This document shows, piece after piece, positions 39,601 to 52,300 of a DNA stretch of 64,000 nt. A program made the translations under genes and the position numbers. The stretch covers positions 42,284,001 to 42,348,000 of the forward strand of contig OZ024753.1 of assembly GCA_964016885.1 (NCBI GenBank). Direction: 5' to 3'. Source of the DNA: Eledone cirrhosa. Lineage: Eukaryota. Position 1 is the first letter of the stretch. Each line of letters begins with the position of its first letter. The notes under the pieces are model-generated. The model was given only the letters and a program-made list of their open reading frames with translations, was not told the origin of the DNA and did no database searches.

Positions 39601-41839
39601 TCAGATCATAAAGGGCCGTAACTCTATGCTGCAAAGCATGGCGTCTGACCCTCTACTGATACTGCCAATAATATTATTATAATTATTATAGGTTAACCCC
39701 GTTTTAGTGGGTGAAATGGGCTTTAAACATTTGTTGTTGATAAAAGGATGGAGTCTACGATCTTTTGATACATTCTATGAAATAGAAGCTTCCTCTGGTA
39801 GTCGTCACCAACCAAAAATTGATATAGGTGGTGCTTAACTGTAAAGTGTTTTTGCTTTTTTCTTGTAGCTGTCGTTGTTTGAAGTGTTGTTCTGAAGGTG
39901 AGGGCAACGGTAAACTTGATGAAGCTACACAACTAATATGTCACCAGTTCAAGAAATATCACAAAAAAAATTGTAAAGTTGACGTAGAAAGAGATATAAG
40001 GTAAGTTCTCTTCTATTTGTTGAATAACTTTCCTGCCATTGAGGTGCCACACTAGATGTGCTATTAGTACAGCCAGTGAGGGGGGTGCCACACTAGATGT
40101 ACAGCCAGTGAGGGAGGTGCCACACTAGATGTGCTATTGGTACAGCCAGTGAGGGGGGTGCCACACTAGATGTGCTATTAGTACAGCCAGTGAGGGGGGT
40201 GCCACACTAGATGTGCTATTAGTACAGCCAGTGAGGGGGGTGCCACACTAGATGTGCTATTAGTACAGCCAGTGAGGGGGGGTGCCACACTAGATGTGCT
40301 ATTGGTACAGCCAGTGAGGGAGGTGCCACACTAGATGTGCTATTAGTACAGCCAGTGAGGGGGGTGCCACACTAGATGTGCTATTAGTACAGCCAGTGAG
40401 GGGGGTGCCACACTAGATGTGCTATTAGTACAGCCAGTGAGGGGGGTGCCACACTAGATGTGCTATTAGTACAGCCAGTGAGGGGGGGGTGCCACACTAG
40501 ATGTGCTATTAGTACAGCCAGTGAGGGGGGTGCCACACTAGATGTGCTATTAGTACAGCCAGTGAGGGGGGTGCCACACTAGATGTGCTATTGGTACAGC
40601 CAGTGAGGGGGGTGCCACACTAGATGTGCTATTAGTACAGCCAGTGAGGGGGGTGCCACACTAGATGTGCTATTAGTACAGCCAGTCAGGGGGGTGCCAC
40701 ACTAGATGTACTATTGGTACAGCCAGTGAGGGGGGTGCCACACTAGATGTGCTATTGGTACAGCCAGTTGGTGAGGTGCCACACTAGATGTCCTATTGGT
40801 ACAGCCAGTTGGTGAGGTGCCACTGGTCTCTATTCTACGTTGTGTTTACACCAGTCCAGTCTTTGATGTTGTCGGACCAGGATTATATTTAAACCTTTTG
40901 ATGCCTTGCATCACTGGCTCTAACAAAACCTCTCAAAGGTTTCCTGTAAAAACCTTTTGGTTAAGTTATGTTACAAATTCATTATTAATTAAAATACTGT
41001 GCATCCTATAATAATTTAGCAGAAAATATTTAAAAACAGTTAATTGAAATGTTTATAGTATCTTTACTAGCAGACAGATCATAATACTATCTTACTAATA
41101 TTTATGAGTTTAACCCTTTAGCATTTACATTACTCTATCATTTTACGTCGGCTTTTTCCCTGCTTGCAAGGGTGGGACGGGAACTGATTCTGGCTTGATT
41201 TCTACAGCTGGATGCCCTTCCTAACACCAACCTCATTTACAGTGAGCGCTGGGTGCTTTTTTGCCGTGGCACTTCCACGACCACTTTGCAGTGGAATGAT
41301 AGGGACCCCAGTCCCTATCATCTCATTTCTACAGCTGAGTTTAACTGGAGCAATGTGAAATAAAGTGTCTTGCTCAAGGAAACAACATATCACCCGGTTT
41401 GAGAATTGAACTCACAACCTTTCGATTGCAAGGCCAATGCTCTAACCACTAAGCCATGTGCCTCTATATATATTATTATATTTTCACAGTAAAGACTTTA
41501 TCTCGCATATCAAAGCTATGAGATTTTGATATTATTTTGAGAACAATATTTTAATATCGATATAAGTGGCTGGTTATGGCCAGTTTGAACAGAAAGAAGG
41601 TGAGAGAATTATGGCCGGTTTTAAATAATATAATTGTTTCTTGTTGCAGATATAACCTGAAAGTTTATTATGCAGTATTCCCAGGAAAAGTTCTGTGTAG
41701 CTGGCTTGTGGATGCTGGACTTGCTGTTGACAACTCTGAAGCTATTGAGTACGCTATGAAATTGTTGCGGGGAAATGAGATTAAAAACGTCAACAAAAAG
41801 AAAACAAATTTTGACAAAATGAATTTGTACAGATTTTAA
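27653..41839 (+). CDS. GPR155: GPR155 / LYCHOS-like integral membrane protein (transporter-like + GPCR-like + C-terminal DEP domain), 14 coding exons, 819 aa
   Basis: GT-AG, phase-consistent exons: 27653-28037, 28604-28891, 29288-29402, 34059-34224, 34475-34630, 35510-35593, 35921-36129, 36406-36499, 37069-37309, 38070-38308, 38550-38645, 39415-39479, 39869-40000, 41650-41839 (2460 nt). Motifs: LYPAIVQCFAVIFAGY, SNDFALGYPI, YIYLFAPISLALINPI, FLYGTFPTAP, CHQFKKYH and DEP-like FPGKVLCSWLVDAGLA. Confidence 0.95.
28131..28521. mobile_element. Fold-back element with hammerhead cores (Penelope-like LTR fragment) in a GPR155 intron
   Basis: Arms of ~150 bp (28207-28363 and 28369-28521) flank the loop ttcct. 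The plus-strand arm reads aacauau CUGAGGA [stem II] GAAA c-auau-g UA auauguu at ~28380-28468. Confidence 0.8.
29470..33908. repeat. 36-bp minisatellite (~123 copies) filling a GPR155 intron
   Basis: Unit gagtctctccaggtagagccactacttctcctaatt, with cca/tgt/tgc variants and occasional +2-nt units. Confidence 0.97.
40022..40825. repeat. 41-bp minisatellite (~19 copies) with G6 tracts
   Basis: Unit gccacactagatgtgctattagtacagccagtgaggggggt. Confidence 0.95.
41137..41463 (-). mobile_element. Young SINE copy inserted into a TTAA MITE
   Basis: Near-identical to 44570-44893. It has a tRNA-like head on the minus strand (ggcacatggcttagtggttagagc...gagttcaattc) and an RTE-like tail. Confidence 0.8.
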
Positions 41840-43766
41840 ATGCTGCAAATCTCTTTTTTTTTTCCTTTTTGTATTTATTTTTTAGCGTATATAACGGGCA
41901 CAGACATGGCTGTGTGGTTATCGAGTTTGCTTTCCAACCCCCTGCTGTGTGGCACCTTAGGCAAGTGTCTTCTACTATAACCTAGGGATTACCAATCAAT
42001 GTCTTGTGGCTGGAATTTGCATCATTCTCTCTTGTGAGTTGACACACTGGGGATACTTTTCATCCATATTTGTGTAATTCGCCTAAAGGCAGAACTTGTC
42101 CTGTCACAATGTGCACTGGAATGAATGGTATCAATCTTAAAATTCCCAGGGGTTGACTGAGATGGGACTGTCCTTGTCTTGTGCGCCCCCTATTTTGAAT
42201 ATGTGTGCCCATGTGTCCTACAATTTAACAGTTCAACAAAGAGACTGATAAAATAAATACTGAGATCGATGGTTGAAAAACCAAAGGAGTGCCCTAGCAT
42301 GACCAGTCAAATGACTGAAACCAGTAAAATAAAAGAAATATTTTATTAAAACATTGTAACCTTTTGTTTTTATTCTGAACCCTGTAAATGTTTCAATCAT
42401 GAACTAGTTGGATTTATAGATCATTGGTCCCTAAACTGTGATGTGTGTATTTAAATTATTTATATATAAAGATAAATATTTATCTATCTATCTAAATAAA
42501 TAAATAGATAGATATTTATTTAGGGGGGAAAAAGCAATGGCTGATACAGCCTGGCAGCAGTGACGTTGCAACTAATTTCTACAACTGGGTAAACACTTTA
42601 GAAATAAACTAGTTTGTGTCATAAATCCAGGCTAGTTTCAGGCAAGGGAATATTTTAAAAGACAGCATGTGTAGGAATTTAAGAAAGACTAGTACCAAGC
42701 TTGACTCATGTAAAACAGATATAATTTAATTTACAATGGAGCGTGTATGTTAATATACAATTTGTATAGAAAGTAATGAAAAAAATCTTTTTTTGTATAC
42801 AATGTTTTAAAGCATGAAAATTTCTTGATTAACAAGCTTAAGTAATTTAAATGTCTTATAATGAAAAACTGCAATTTAAAATACAAGAAAAAAAAAATCA
42901 GACTAAAATTGAACATTTAATAATTACATGACTAAAATAGAACATTTAATAATTACATTTCTGGAGATTCAAACCATTTGCAATGTTGAATAATTAATGA
43001 GATTCTACTAAATAATTCGATATGTATATACTAATGTCAACATGAGATATAGGGTCAGAATTAGGTTCTTCGCACAGACATTTACAAATGAGTGCATATA
43101 TATCTATATACATACACACATTTACAAATGAGTGCAATATATATATAGGAATATATGTTCATTTATAAAGATATATTCTGTAGTAAATTAGTCAAAAATA
43201 TAACCATTTATTATTCCTGGGAGTGTTGTGGGGGGGGGGGGGGCAGGGCAGAGTTCTCTCACACTCCTTCCAGCAGGTCCTTTCAGACAAGAAAGATTGC
43301 TCCAATTATACAGGGATCTTGTTAAGCTAACCCAGTAAAGTTTATGCTAAGTGTCTGGCAAAGAGATGTAGGGAGATTGCTGTGTTGAAAGCAAGTCTGG
43401 GAAATCAAGGGAGTATTGCTAAGAGGTGTAAGGTTGCTTTGACTCTATTTCACATTCTAAATAAAAGTTCTCATATTTCTAGAACTGAAGCAAATATAAC
43501 ACAATGTAAAAAAAACTATACAGAAAATATACCAACCTTTGAAAAATACATCAAACTTGATTTACCAACAGTGGAACAGCTTTCAGGTGATATGTTCAGG
43601 TAATGTGATGTCAGAGGTCAGAAACAATGAGAGATCACAGATCATATATAATGAAAGATCATGTGATGTCACGGCTATTACACAATGTTAAGTCAGGTTA
43701 TATATAATGTGGTGTCACAGCCGACATACAATGTAAAGTCATGTTTGAATGAATAATTAAAAAAGA

Positions 43767-43805
<39 letters not shown>

Positions 43806-44244
43806 CAGTGCGGCACATAGAAAAGGCAATGAAAAATCGGACAGTCCCATTCCTTTGGAACTGTCCATGTTTTTTCCCATTATCTTTGTCCTGTGTGCTT
43901 CACGTATTTGATTTCATATTCTAAAGTCTTAGCCCCGCAGGCTTGAAAAAAAAAAAAACTATATATATATATATATGGTATGATATGATCCCATAACTCC
44001 TGACAGAGTCGTAGGGGTGCTATATTGACAGACGGCATTTTTGGGGTATTTTAACCTGACAGAGATCTCTCTCTCCAGGCCCGAGTACAGTAGATTTCTT
44101 CCAAAGAAAGATAGAAAATGAGAAAGAGATAAATAGGAAGAATCGACCTCAGTACTAGACAGGTACTTTTTTTTATTGACCTTGAAAGGTCAGAACTGCC
44201 AATTCGCCGCCTGCAAGTATATATATATATATATATATCGAAAT

Positions 44245-45554
44245 TTAGTGAAAGATTGGAAGATGAGATCGTAATATTGGGGCATCCCAATGAGCAGAAC
44301 TTGAACGATGGTTAAAGCGAGCTTTCTTCTTAGTAAACATGGCATTAAGATCAGGAATTTCTACTGGAGGAAATATGTTATCCAGATTTGGTGGGTTGTA
44401 ATATTGTTCATATAGCGCAATCTTTAGGCTAGGACCTAAACAAAAAGAAAAAGAAAATTATATATATAAAAAGAGTAAAGACCCTAGCAGAATATTTCTT
44501 CAACTAATGTTAACAGAATTTTCACCACTAACCCACCACCATCCACTATATCATTCATCATCATTTCATCATTTTACATCCGCTTTTCCCTGCTTGCAAG
44601 GGTGGGACGGGAACTGATTCTGGCTTGATTTCTACAGCTGGATGCCCTTCCTAACACCAACCTCATTTACAGTGAGTGCTGGGTGCTTTTTTTGCCGTGG
44701 CACCTCCACGACCACTTTGCAGTGGAATGATAGGGACCCCAGTCCCTATCATCTCATTTCTACAGGTGAGTAAACTGGAGCAATGTGAAATAAAGTGTCT
44801 TGCTCAAGGAAACAACACATCACCCGGTCTGAGAATTGAACTCACAACCATTCGATTGCAAGGCCAATGCTCTAACCACTAAGCCATGTGCCTCCATATA
44901 TACATATATATATATATATCAAATCAACTTTTCAAATACAAGTCGATGTTGAACGGTATGTCAAATCTATTTATCTATAAAACTGTCTATATTGTATTTT
45001 GTCTGAGGAAGGCATAGCATATTGTTAATATGATATCCCTGAAATATATATAATGAAATAAATATGGTTTTATAAATATAGTTTCCATTTATTTAATATC
45101 GTAAATATACTCCAAATACTTGTTGAGTGCTTTTATATCAGTTATAAATATTTACTAGTTGTAACCCAACAATTTAAATATAACTTTCCATATATATATA
45201 TATATATATACACATACACATACAGGATAACAGGTTATCGTTATAGGCAGTCAACTTAGATGTAGTCCAGTTAGAGTACTCCGTGTAGTGGATGGTATTA
45301 ACGTGTGGCTTAGTTTGACTCAACAAGACGTTTCCATAGTGATGCTGCGAGTTCGCGGTGATTTCTATGTAGTTTATACTTGGAGTAATAATAATTCAAG
45401 AAAGAAGAGTGACACGGTTCGATTGAGATCGATTGATGCAAAATCAGGTGGGTAGCGAACTCTAGACCTACCAGATCGAAGAAACAATTGTCAGCAATGT
45501 GAATAAAGCCCTTATTGTATAGCGAACCATGTCTCTTCTTTCTTGAATTATATA

Positions 45555-45592
<38 letters not shown>

Positions 45593-45789
45593 ATGTAAAC
45601 AGAAATAACAACACAATTGGTTCAGTATATGGAAGGGATATATTAGGTTAATGCTTGATATAGCAGGATGAGGGTCTTAACGTTTCGGATGCTAGTCCAT
45701 CATCAGAAGAAAGAATGAGAAATAAGATAGATTGGGGGGACGGGTGGGTTGGAATTGGAAAAAATGTCTTTAGATAACAACAAGTCCTC

Positions 45790-45828
<39 letters not shown>

Positions 45829-48800
45829 CCAACCCATGCTAATAGTAAAAATAAACACATGACGATGATGGTGGTGGTAAATGTTAAGGAAAAGTGATTA
45901 CGCCCCAGTCAATGCAAGAAAAGTATTGACTACCAATGAGTGAAGGTACGTGACTTAGGTTTCTATCACTAGCTATCCTTTCTTAGTTCCTATTAGTAAA
46001 CCAAAATCTGTAATTCTTACCTTGAGCCCATTTAGGAATTGGTTTCTGAGGATTGGTTTCTTCATCAGTAGAATCATCCGACTTTAAATCATCAATGTCG
46101 TAACTGTTGTAGGAGCTTCTATGGGGTGTTATTTCATAGCTGGAAACAGAACAAAAAGAAGGGTAATTTACACCTCACACCTATGAAGGTTAATCTGGCC
46201 TTCTAAAATGTTGTACCTTAAAGAAGGTTTACCTGGTGTTTTAATGATAGAGGCCCCGGTCCTAACCTATTGTTACAGCTCGCACCACACCTATGCAGGT
46301 TCAACTGGCTTTCTATAGTCTAACTCATAGGTTTTGCTGGTGTTTTAAGGATAAAGGCTTTATTCCTGGTCCTATTCAGGAATAGACAAGTTAGAGAAGT
46401 CCACATCTTGTTCAAACATTGCATTTTCTCTTATATCAGTTCATATCACTTGTTGGTCACACGATAGAACACACTAAAGTGTTTGGTGACAGAAAGGGCA
46501 TCTGGCAGTAGAAAAGTTACAAAACATGGTTGGGAGGACCCTTCAGTTGTATCAAAGACATGACAACCTCCTTATTGCTGGTGTTATAATAAAATGGATC
46601 CAGTGTACACACTAGAGTGTAGGAACACATGTGGAGTGTAGCTCCTGGTTCATCTGAGAGGCTAGGAGTTACAATTAAGTACTATGATAACTGGTCCGAC
46701 TCCTGCTACAATGACCAGTCTGATTCCTGCTACTATGTGACCAGTACAACCCCTGCTACAATGTGACCAGTCCAAGCCCTGCTACAATGACCAGTCCAAC
46801 CCCTGCTACAATGACCAGTCCAACCCCTGCTACTATGTGACCAGTACAACCCCTGCTACAATGACCAGTACAACCTGCTACAATGACCAGTCCAACCCAT
46901 GCCAGTACACAAGACCAGACATTAAATGATAATGACCACTACTTACCTTTCAACCTTTTCCTCATCTTTAGAGCAGACATCCGGTTTTTCAATGGTGATG
47001 GTCGTGTTGAGGGGTGTCCCTGCTGCTTGAGACAATGGCTGCGTATTAACCAGTCGTTCAATACGTTCGTCTTTCTCAAGTTTTTTCTCTTGCAGACTCT
47101 GTTCATAGACTAAACGTTCTCGCTCCTAAAGGAGAGAGGGGAAGAAAAAGAAAACTTCAGTAAACTTCACAACAGACTTCTAGTTGATGTGTTTTAAAAA
47201 TAATATGAAATTATTGTGTACAGTGCTCAGGTGCACTACAACTCGTCAAAGGTGCATGTATAGTACATAGAATAATATACAAATGTCAGGGAAGTGAATA
47301 GTGTACGAGTCATGATATACATGTGTGCATGGGTATGGAGGGGGAATATTAGGCGTAGTGTTGGTGAATCTCAGGAAGCATGGAGGTTTATATATAGATC
47401 TACCCTAATCTATCGTTAACCCTACAAATATATATGTAAGTTCCCTACTTACCATTTCTCGAATCTTCTCCAGCGCCAATTCTTGTTTCTTTTGTTTCTC
47501 TTTTAAGTAATGTTCACGCTCAGCCCGCTGCTTAGCAAGTTCTTTTTCTCTGAAAATAAAACAATTCAGGAAAATATGAAAAAAAATGAAAAATAATTCA
47601 GAGAACATTCTTTTAGATATTTTAACTTGTTGTCATATTGCTAATGAAAGACACTGACCTGGATTTTCAATTAATGTTGAAAATAATCAAGGATTTGGAG
47701 AGATTTAACCCTTTAGCATTTACATTACTCTATATATACTATTATATTTTCACAGTAAAAGCTTTACCATACACTTATCTCTCACAACATCGAATCTACG
47801 AGATTTTGATGTTATTTATTTTGAGTACATTAGTATGAGCACCCATGTAGAGCCAGTTTGAACAGAACAAAGTGAGAGAATTCTGGCCGGTTTAAATGCT
47901 AAAGAGTTAAAAATATAACTTTCTTGTTTATCTGGTGTAAAGAACATAAAGGTTCTTACATAAAATTATGTTGGAAGGATTTTAGATGAATATAAACACT
48001 TTAATCCATTTGTTGCCATATTTCTAATGAAAGATGCTAAGTTGTTTCTTTTTCAAAATAATTTGAAAACCAAATTTGAGGGATTTAGTAATATAACTAA
48101 CTTTAAGCCAGTGTTTAGACAATACCTTAAAGTTATATAACAATGTCTGGTATAATCCTGTAACCCCTGAGGAAGTAAAAAGAGGTGCCATATTTAAATA
48201 TGGTGTTTCTTGACTATTTTAACACCTGACAGAGCCCATCTGTTCTTCTGGTCTGAGTACAGCATATTTCATCCAGAGAAAGTAAGAAAGAGCTATAGTA
48301 TGAGACTGGTACTTTTTTTTTATTTTATTGATCTCGAAAGGATGAAAGGCAAAATTGACCTCGGCAGGAGTTGAACTGAGAGAGTAGAAAGCCGGAGTAC
48401 CTCAAAGCATTCTATCTGACATTCTAACAACTCTGTTAATTCACCACTGTCTATATAATATAACAATAACGAACTCAATAAAGAATCAAACCTTTCTGCT
48501 TTCATGCAAAGTCTTTCTTTCTCTCGTTCTTCTTCTAGACGTTTCCGTTTTTCTAAATCAATTATCTTCTCTCGTTCAGCTTCTAATTTCCTTTCCTTCT
48601 GCTCTTCAAGTTTACGTTTTTCTTCAGCAACTTTCTTCAATCTCTCTTGTTCTTCAAACTCCTTCTTCCTCTGAAGCATCGATTGATGTCGCATCTGATG
48701 TTCTTCCTGGTTTTAACAAACAATAAAATTCTTAGTTTGTTGGAAGAAGTGAAATATTTTACACTGAGAACACAGCAAACCACCAAATGAAACAGGAATT

Positions 48801-49333
48801 CCTAACAGTTGCTATTTTACCATTTTTATATATATATTTATTGTCATTTTATATGTCTCCCAAACTGGCATGGGTTGAACAGGTTCCTAATGTACCAGGC
48901 TAGACGGATCTGAGGATCACATCTTGCTCATATATTCCATGCCTTTCATAACACCAACAAATCTACAGCACATACTGGGTGCACGTTGCCATGGCACCAG
49001 CACTACTACTTTACAGGATGGACTGTGTATATTTTATCACGGCACCAACACTACCATTTTACAGTGTACCAGGTGCATATTATAATGGCACCAGCGTGTA
49101 CTGGGTGCATACTACAGTAGCACCAACATCACCACTTTACAGAGCATAAAGGAGGCAGTTCAGTCCTTAATGCAACTAAGGTGCTTTCTCAACCCTTTTG
49201 GTATGGTTTCTCATATATATATATCGTGCACGGAAAATTCCCAGTGCTTTAGGTTTTGAATCTATTTATCTGACAGTGATTTGGAATGTGTGTGTTTATG
49301 TCTTAATTTGTCAATGCCAATTTTCATAGAACC

Positions 49334-49364
<31 letters not shown>

Positions 49365-52300
49365 CTTACATACAGCTACTAATTACTGTATAACTATTTG
49401 ATGTTAGAGTTACATCTGTGGCCAGCAGTTCCTGGATATTTTAATGGCAAGGGTTCCATCCCAATCATGAAAAAAAAACTTCCATGGGGAAAAAGACCCT
49501 ACATTGCTACTGAGTGGTGTAGAGAAATACAGAATGAAGTGTCTTGCTCAAGAACACAATGTATCACACTTCCATAAAATACTGCCTTGTTTTAACCCTT
49601 TAGTATTTATATTACTCTATATTTACTATTGTACTTTCATGGTAAACACTTTACCTTACATATCAAATCTACCTGATTTTGATATTTCTTCCGAGAACAA
49701 TACCTCAACATAAGTATGAATGGCTGGTTTGAACAGAAAAAGATGAGAGAATTCGGGCCAGATACACTTGGTTTAAATAGAAATTATCAACCTTACTACA
49801 CTCACCTGTTCTTTAAGTTTGCGACTTCTCTCTTTCTCTTCCATTTTTCTTCGTTCTTCTGCCTCTTGTTGTTTCTTTATTCTATAAATACCAGAATAAG
49901 ACATTCAGTTAAACCATCAACAAAAACATAAATCACTGATACACAAAAGGTTGAAGAAAAAAATATTCTAAATGTTTTTCATATTCTTACACTTGTCTTT
50001 TCTTCTCTCTCTCTTCCCCACCCAAGGGTTGTTGCCATGTGTTTAACCCTTTAGCATTCACATTACACTATGTATACTATTGTATTTTTGTGGTAAAGGC
50101 TTTACCTCACATAATTATCTCACAATATCGAATCTATGAGATTTTGAAAGTATTTATTTTGAGAACAATACCTTAACATCAGTATGAGTGACCAGTTAGT
50201 CAGTTTCAACAGAAACAGGTAGAGAATTCTGGCCGGTTTGAACATTAAAAAGCTCTCTTTACATGTACATCGCTATATTCTGGTGTCACCTTATACACAA
50301 AGAGGCAATAGGGCTGGTACTATACAAAAAGAAATAGGATATATTAAATAGAGAAATTAGTTTACCTAAAGCGCTGCCTTTCCCTCTCTTCCTGTAGTTT
50401 CACTTCCCTGAAACGGTCGGTGGAGTTGAACCTCTCTTCAAGTTTTCTAGTACTCTTGTCTTTTTTCTCTTGCTCCCGAATATCCCTGATTTGCCGAGCT
50501 TCAGCAACCTTTCGCATACGTTCTTCTCGTTTCCTGAAATACAAAACAGATTATACAGTGTGCGGGAGAGAAGACTGCGATGGTATGGACATGTGATGCG
50601 CATGGAGGATGACCGCTGGGTAAAGAAGTGCTAGTAGAAGGAAGACGCAGTAGAGGAAGACCATGAAAAACATGGGTGGAGGTGGTGAGAGCAGACCTCG
50701 GATCGCTGAAGCTCACGGAGGAGATGACGAAGGGCCGTGACAAGTGGAGAGATGTTGTGCTGAATAGGACCCGTCCCACCCTTGCAAGCAGGGAAAAGCG
50801 GACGTAAAATGATGATGAAACTAGGATCTCTTACCATCAAGAAACCCGAGAAACCCTCTATGAAATACAACACTAAGAGAACAGCTAAAACTTGAGGTGT
50901 GAGCTATAACAACAACATGATTAGAAAAGGGCCCCCATTATTAAAACATTTGAGAAACCTCCTCCGAGATGTAACTTCAGCGGCTAGATAATCTTGTATA
51001 AGTGAAAGCTGTAACATGATAAAAGTTGGGCCCTATCATTAACATACACAAGTTAGCAATGAGATACAACCTCAACAGAGACCAGCTAAACCTACAGAAG
51101 TGTAACAACATTATAGGGTTAGGGTCCTTTATCATTAAAACAGCCAAGAAACCTCCTATAAGCTACAACCTAGTGGAAAGCAAGCTAAATATTTAAAAAG
51201 GGGTTAAGACAGCAGATTAAAATCAAACTTGAGATGGTTTGGTTTAAAGAGGGGTTAATATGGTAGATTAAAGCTAAACTTGAGATGGTTTGGTTTAAAA
51301 AGGGGTTAAGAGGGTAGATTAAAGCTAAACTTGAGATGGTTTGGTTTAAAAAGGGGTTAATATGGTAGATTAAAGGTAAACTTGAGATGGTTTGGTTTAA
51401 AAAGGGGTTAAGAGGCTAGATTAAAGCTAAACTTCACACAATTTAATTTACTTTTTCTGTTCTTCCAACTTCAACCGTTGAATTTCCTCTCTCATCATCA
51501 GCCTCTCTCTATCTTTACGTTGTTTGTTCTCCAATTCACGTTTCTTCATCTCCTGCAAGAAAACAACAAAATTACAAACACATCAAACCCAACAACCTAA
51601 CACATAACTATATTTAATATTTACCATACATACCTAACATACTATATTGAGTATCTACTATATATATACGTAACATACTATAATGAGTATTTACCATATA
51701 TACCTAACATAACTATATTGAGTATCTACCATATATATACGTAACATACTATAATGAGTATTTACCATATATACCTAACATAACTATATTGAGTATTTAC
51801 CATATATAAGCAGAAAAATATTTGACCCACAAAAAATTTGATAGTAAAACGGTAGGGTGGGTGTGTATGGAGAGGGCTTGGGTGTCAGCTTATATCCAAG
51901 GTCAATATTTTGCTGATTTTCACCAACTTCAAAATTCTACATAAATGAAATGCTAAAATATTTTCTCTTTGGAGGTGAATATTTCACCGGTTTCACTTTG
52001 GAAGTGAATATTCCACCGGTTTCACTTGAAATTTGTTTCTGAGGTGTTTTGAATGAACATGGTCTTCAAAATGGTAGGAAATTGGTTTTAAAAAAATCAT
52101 TATGTAATGGAATTGTGAAATAAGTACTGGGGGTTGATATGACTAAATCCCTTCAAAATAGGTTCCGTAACATGGCAGAAGTCTAACGACTGAAAAGAAA
52201 CAAAACAAACATCTTACCTGTGAAATTATAGATTTTATTGGAGTTACAGATTTTATTGAAGTTTTCTTCAGGTAAGACTTAAAGTTGCCAAAACTTGCTA

